Below, in pieces: positions 61,231-64,000 of a stretch of 64,000 nucleotides of DNA. Both the position numbers and the translations under genes were made by a program. This DNA is from the human T2T-CHM13v2.0 reference genome, Homo sapiens. The stretch lies in assembly GCF_009914755.1 (NCBI RefSeq), contig NC_060940.1. The stretch is one strand, 5' to 3'. The first letter of the stretch is position 1; every line of letters begins with the position of its first letter. Below the pieces are notes generated by a model. The model ran no database searches, had not been told where the DNA came from, and worked only from the letters and a program-made list of their open reading frames with translations.

Positions 61231-64000
61231 AAAAACCTTAACAATTTTGACTTCTAAAATTATAATTGGACAAAATGTATTTCCTGCCTAAAAGATTCTG
61301 TACTTTTGATTTTCAGAAAATATTTGCTGCACCAAGGAGGGAGAATCGAATATTGCTCTATGTTATACTGACATATCTCAAATATTTTTTATACTGTTTT
61401 CAGAAGGTTTTTCAAGATAGAGTATCTAAAATTTTACTTGACTAATGAGATTTTTTTCTAAATATTATCTTTCTTTTAATAAATATATAATAAACATAAT
61501 TTTAAAAACAGCCACGAGCATTATTTTTCTCCCCTCCAAAGAGAAGACTCTTCAGTGTGCAGTCATAGGAAGTTTGGAATATCTGACCACATTCTCCAAT
61601 TGCAGTACATTATCAGTAATAAAACTGACATGTTTTCATTCATCTGCCTTACCCACTTTGTCTATTTCTCAATGGGCTGTGAACATGGGCTGTAAAAACA
61701 GGCATTTATTAGGTACCTAGATAACTCCAAAACATAATCTGACAAATGTAGGTCCACGGTGAATATCCAAAATTGCTTTGCTATTAAGAGTGTGACCATA
61801 ATCTCTCTTTAAGCAGAATGCCCTAAACGGTAGTATTCACCCAAGTTTCAGTACAACAGGTTAAAAATCTATAGTCATTATGAACTAGGGTTCATTTATC
61901 CCTTCCCCCTCCTCACTGTAAGCCAACCTGCAGTTGAGTTTAGACTTCTTTCTCTATATACAGTTCAACAGTCTTCACACTAAACTGTTAAGCTTGTTCA
62001 CCTGCGGAGTACTCAGCGGCTGCAGTTCAAGTATGAGAACCCCTTGGTGGCTGACATGACTGAAGAGTCCACAATAGCTACGAACTGTGAAGGAACTTGG
62101 GAAATAGCACCATGCAGCAGAAAGCAGAAAAAAACAATGGGCTAGTAATCAATAAAAATGGTTTCTATTATCAGTTAATCCACATTTTAAGGTATTTAAC
62201 CTCCTTGGGCCTCGGCTTCCTCTTTTAAAATGAAGGGGATGGAATACAGTGTATCTCAGACTTCTGGTTCCAAAATTTGATGAGACTATGCAATCAGTGG
62301 TCTCAATCATGATACTTCTGTTTTAGACTTAAGTTCAAATGATGTATATATCTAATAAGTAATTTATCCAGAGACTGCTAACCTGTCAAAATGGTATCAC
62401 TAAAACCACTGAAATAATTACTTCATGGTTCTTAGATAACATTGATGGTTCCAAGGCTCATCGGAAAGACAACAGGTATCAGTTACACAAACATGCCATC
62501 ATATTGAGGGCTGGGGAGTGTATGGTGGTGTTTTATTCACTTTACAAAATTAGCTACAAAATTAGCTAGTGCACCTACTTGGGTTTGTCATAGATATCAT
62601 AAAACTGTATCATACAAATGGGGGCACCGAAAAATACTAAAAAACGGCCAAGAGAAACATATAGCATTTTTGATTTCCTCATTTCTACAAACTGGAGTTT
62701 CTTTTTTTATTTATATATCACACTGTAATTCTATTACATACAATATAATTGTATATTATGTTCTAATTCTACTACCTATTTTATCTAGTTCACAAAAACG
62801 GGATGCAGGAAAGATAAGCCATTTTCAAGACAGGCTGAATGAGGTAATAAACAGCACTGTGGGTCCTTGACATTCGGATTTCATGAATAAAACTACCATT
62901 GGTTTTTAAGGTTTATCTACAGAACATCATGTGACCCCCCCCTTTGATGGCTCTTTATAACTTCAAAGGTGGCCTTAAAGACAGGTTTACCACTCCGTGT
63001 TCATCACTGATTGAGCAGTGAGAGGAAAATGTCTTCAGTTTTTATTATAAATTCTTTACAACTGCTCTCCATATTATTTAAAGTGATTAGAAAACAGCAC
63101 TGATATTGTCAGCTTTTGTTTCATAGAAATGTGAGTTATATTAATAATTACACCTACATTAACCTTTATGGCTTTTCACTGGTTAAGCATGGCTGGTGGA
63201 AATGACAATCAAGCATCAGTTATTGATATGGGATTTTAATGGTATGCTTCAATTCAAATAATAAAATGATTGAACTATAAGTCTTTATATAAAAAAAGAC
63301 AGCAAAAATAGTGCCAGTTATGAACTCCACTTATAGCCTGAGAACTCTCTACCTATTGCTGTTCCTCACTGCTGGGTCATGGTGTGGAAAGGAAGGGGAG
63401 GGCTGGAATTTTGTGTCCCCCCCAATTTCAATGAGATGTGGCAATGATGCTGAAGGATGGCTGTCCTTCAGCAAAGCCTGCAGGGGGCCTGCAGGCAGTA
63501 TGTCACCGAAAATCACATTACGGGTTTATTCTAACAAAAATATCTGCTGCTGCTTTCACAGTTCTAGTCCTAGAAATTATTTTCCTAAAACTGTTTCTTT
63601 CTTAAAGAGTGAGGTATATATTAGTATTCAGTGCCTGGGAAGAAGCCAAATATATCCTGATTGCTATTCTGTATCATTCATTTTAGCAAAATTATTCTAT
63701 TTCAGTTATATCTGCAATCTACAATGGGTAGGCATGAACTGAATCTCTCATGCAGAATTAGCCCATTTATATAAACCTCTTCTGAAATACTAATTGTTTC
63801 CATGGGTGAAATTGTAACAATTACAAATCACAGCTTAGAGGAGAACAAAAGAAATAGTTCAATAATTTGAATTAATGATAAGCATGAAAAAATTTACTAA
63901 TTGGAGCTCTGAAATTTGCTTTCCAAATGGAGGTTTTTCAAGCTGGCTCTTGTTTTTAAAAAACTCTGTTAAATCCCTTATTTTAATCACACACACTTTT

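Overview
Primate (very likely human, chr16q12.1) genomic DNA, not microbial. The only protein-coding content I can support is the 3' end of NETO2 (neuropilin and tolloid-like 2, an auxiliary subunit of kainate receptors) on the minus strand. It comprises the 114-nt LDLa exon (59051-59164) and the last exon (coding 56046-56626: transmembrane helix, cytoplasmic tail, C-terminal PDZ ligand), followed by a long AT-rich 3' UTR with several candidate poly(A) signals. The first ~50 kb is intergenic and very Alu-dense. It also holds LTRs (MER52-, MER21-, MER31-, MSTA/MLT1- and LTR16-like), DNA transposons (MER53, MER2, MER5, MER20), old L1 fragments, MIRs, a 0.5-kb TG repeat and an orphan CpG island at ~10.25-11.1 kb; a MER1A sits in the last NETO2 intron. 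Almost all other ORFs in the track are Alu, microsatellite or GC-richness artefacts. I found no new gene system. The most notable unexplained structures are four. (1) A near-identical 172-bp copy of NETO2 intronic sequence pasted into the middle of the MER1A 3.4 kb away. (2) An older Alu-MER53-FLAM composite copied ~1.5 kb away into a MIR, so that the two copies bracket the orphan CpG island. (3) A probable retrocopied mRNA 3'-end fragment inside an old L1. (4) Inverted Alus flanking the in-frame-skippable LDLa exon. Repeat family names come from my recognition of consensus sequences, not from a RepeatMasker run, and repeat boundaries are approximate.
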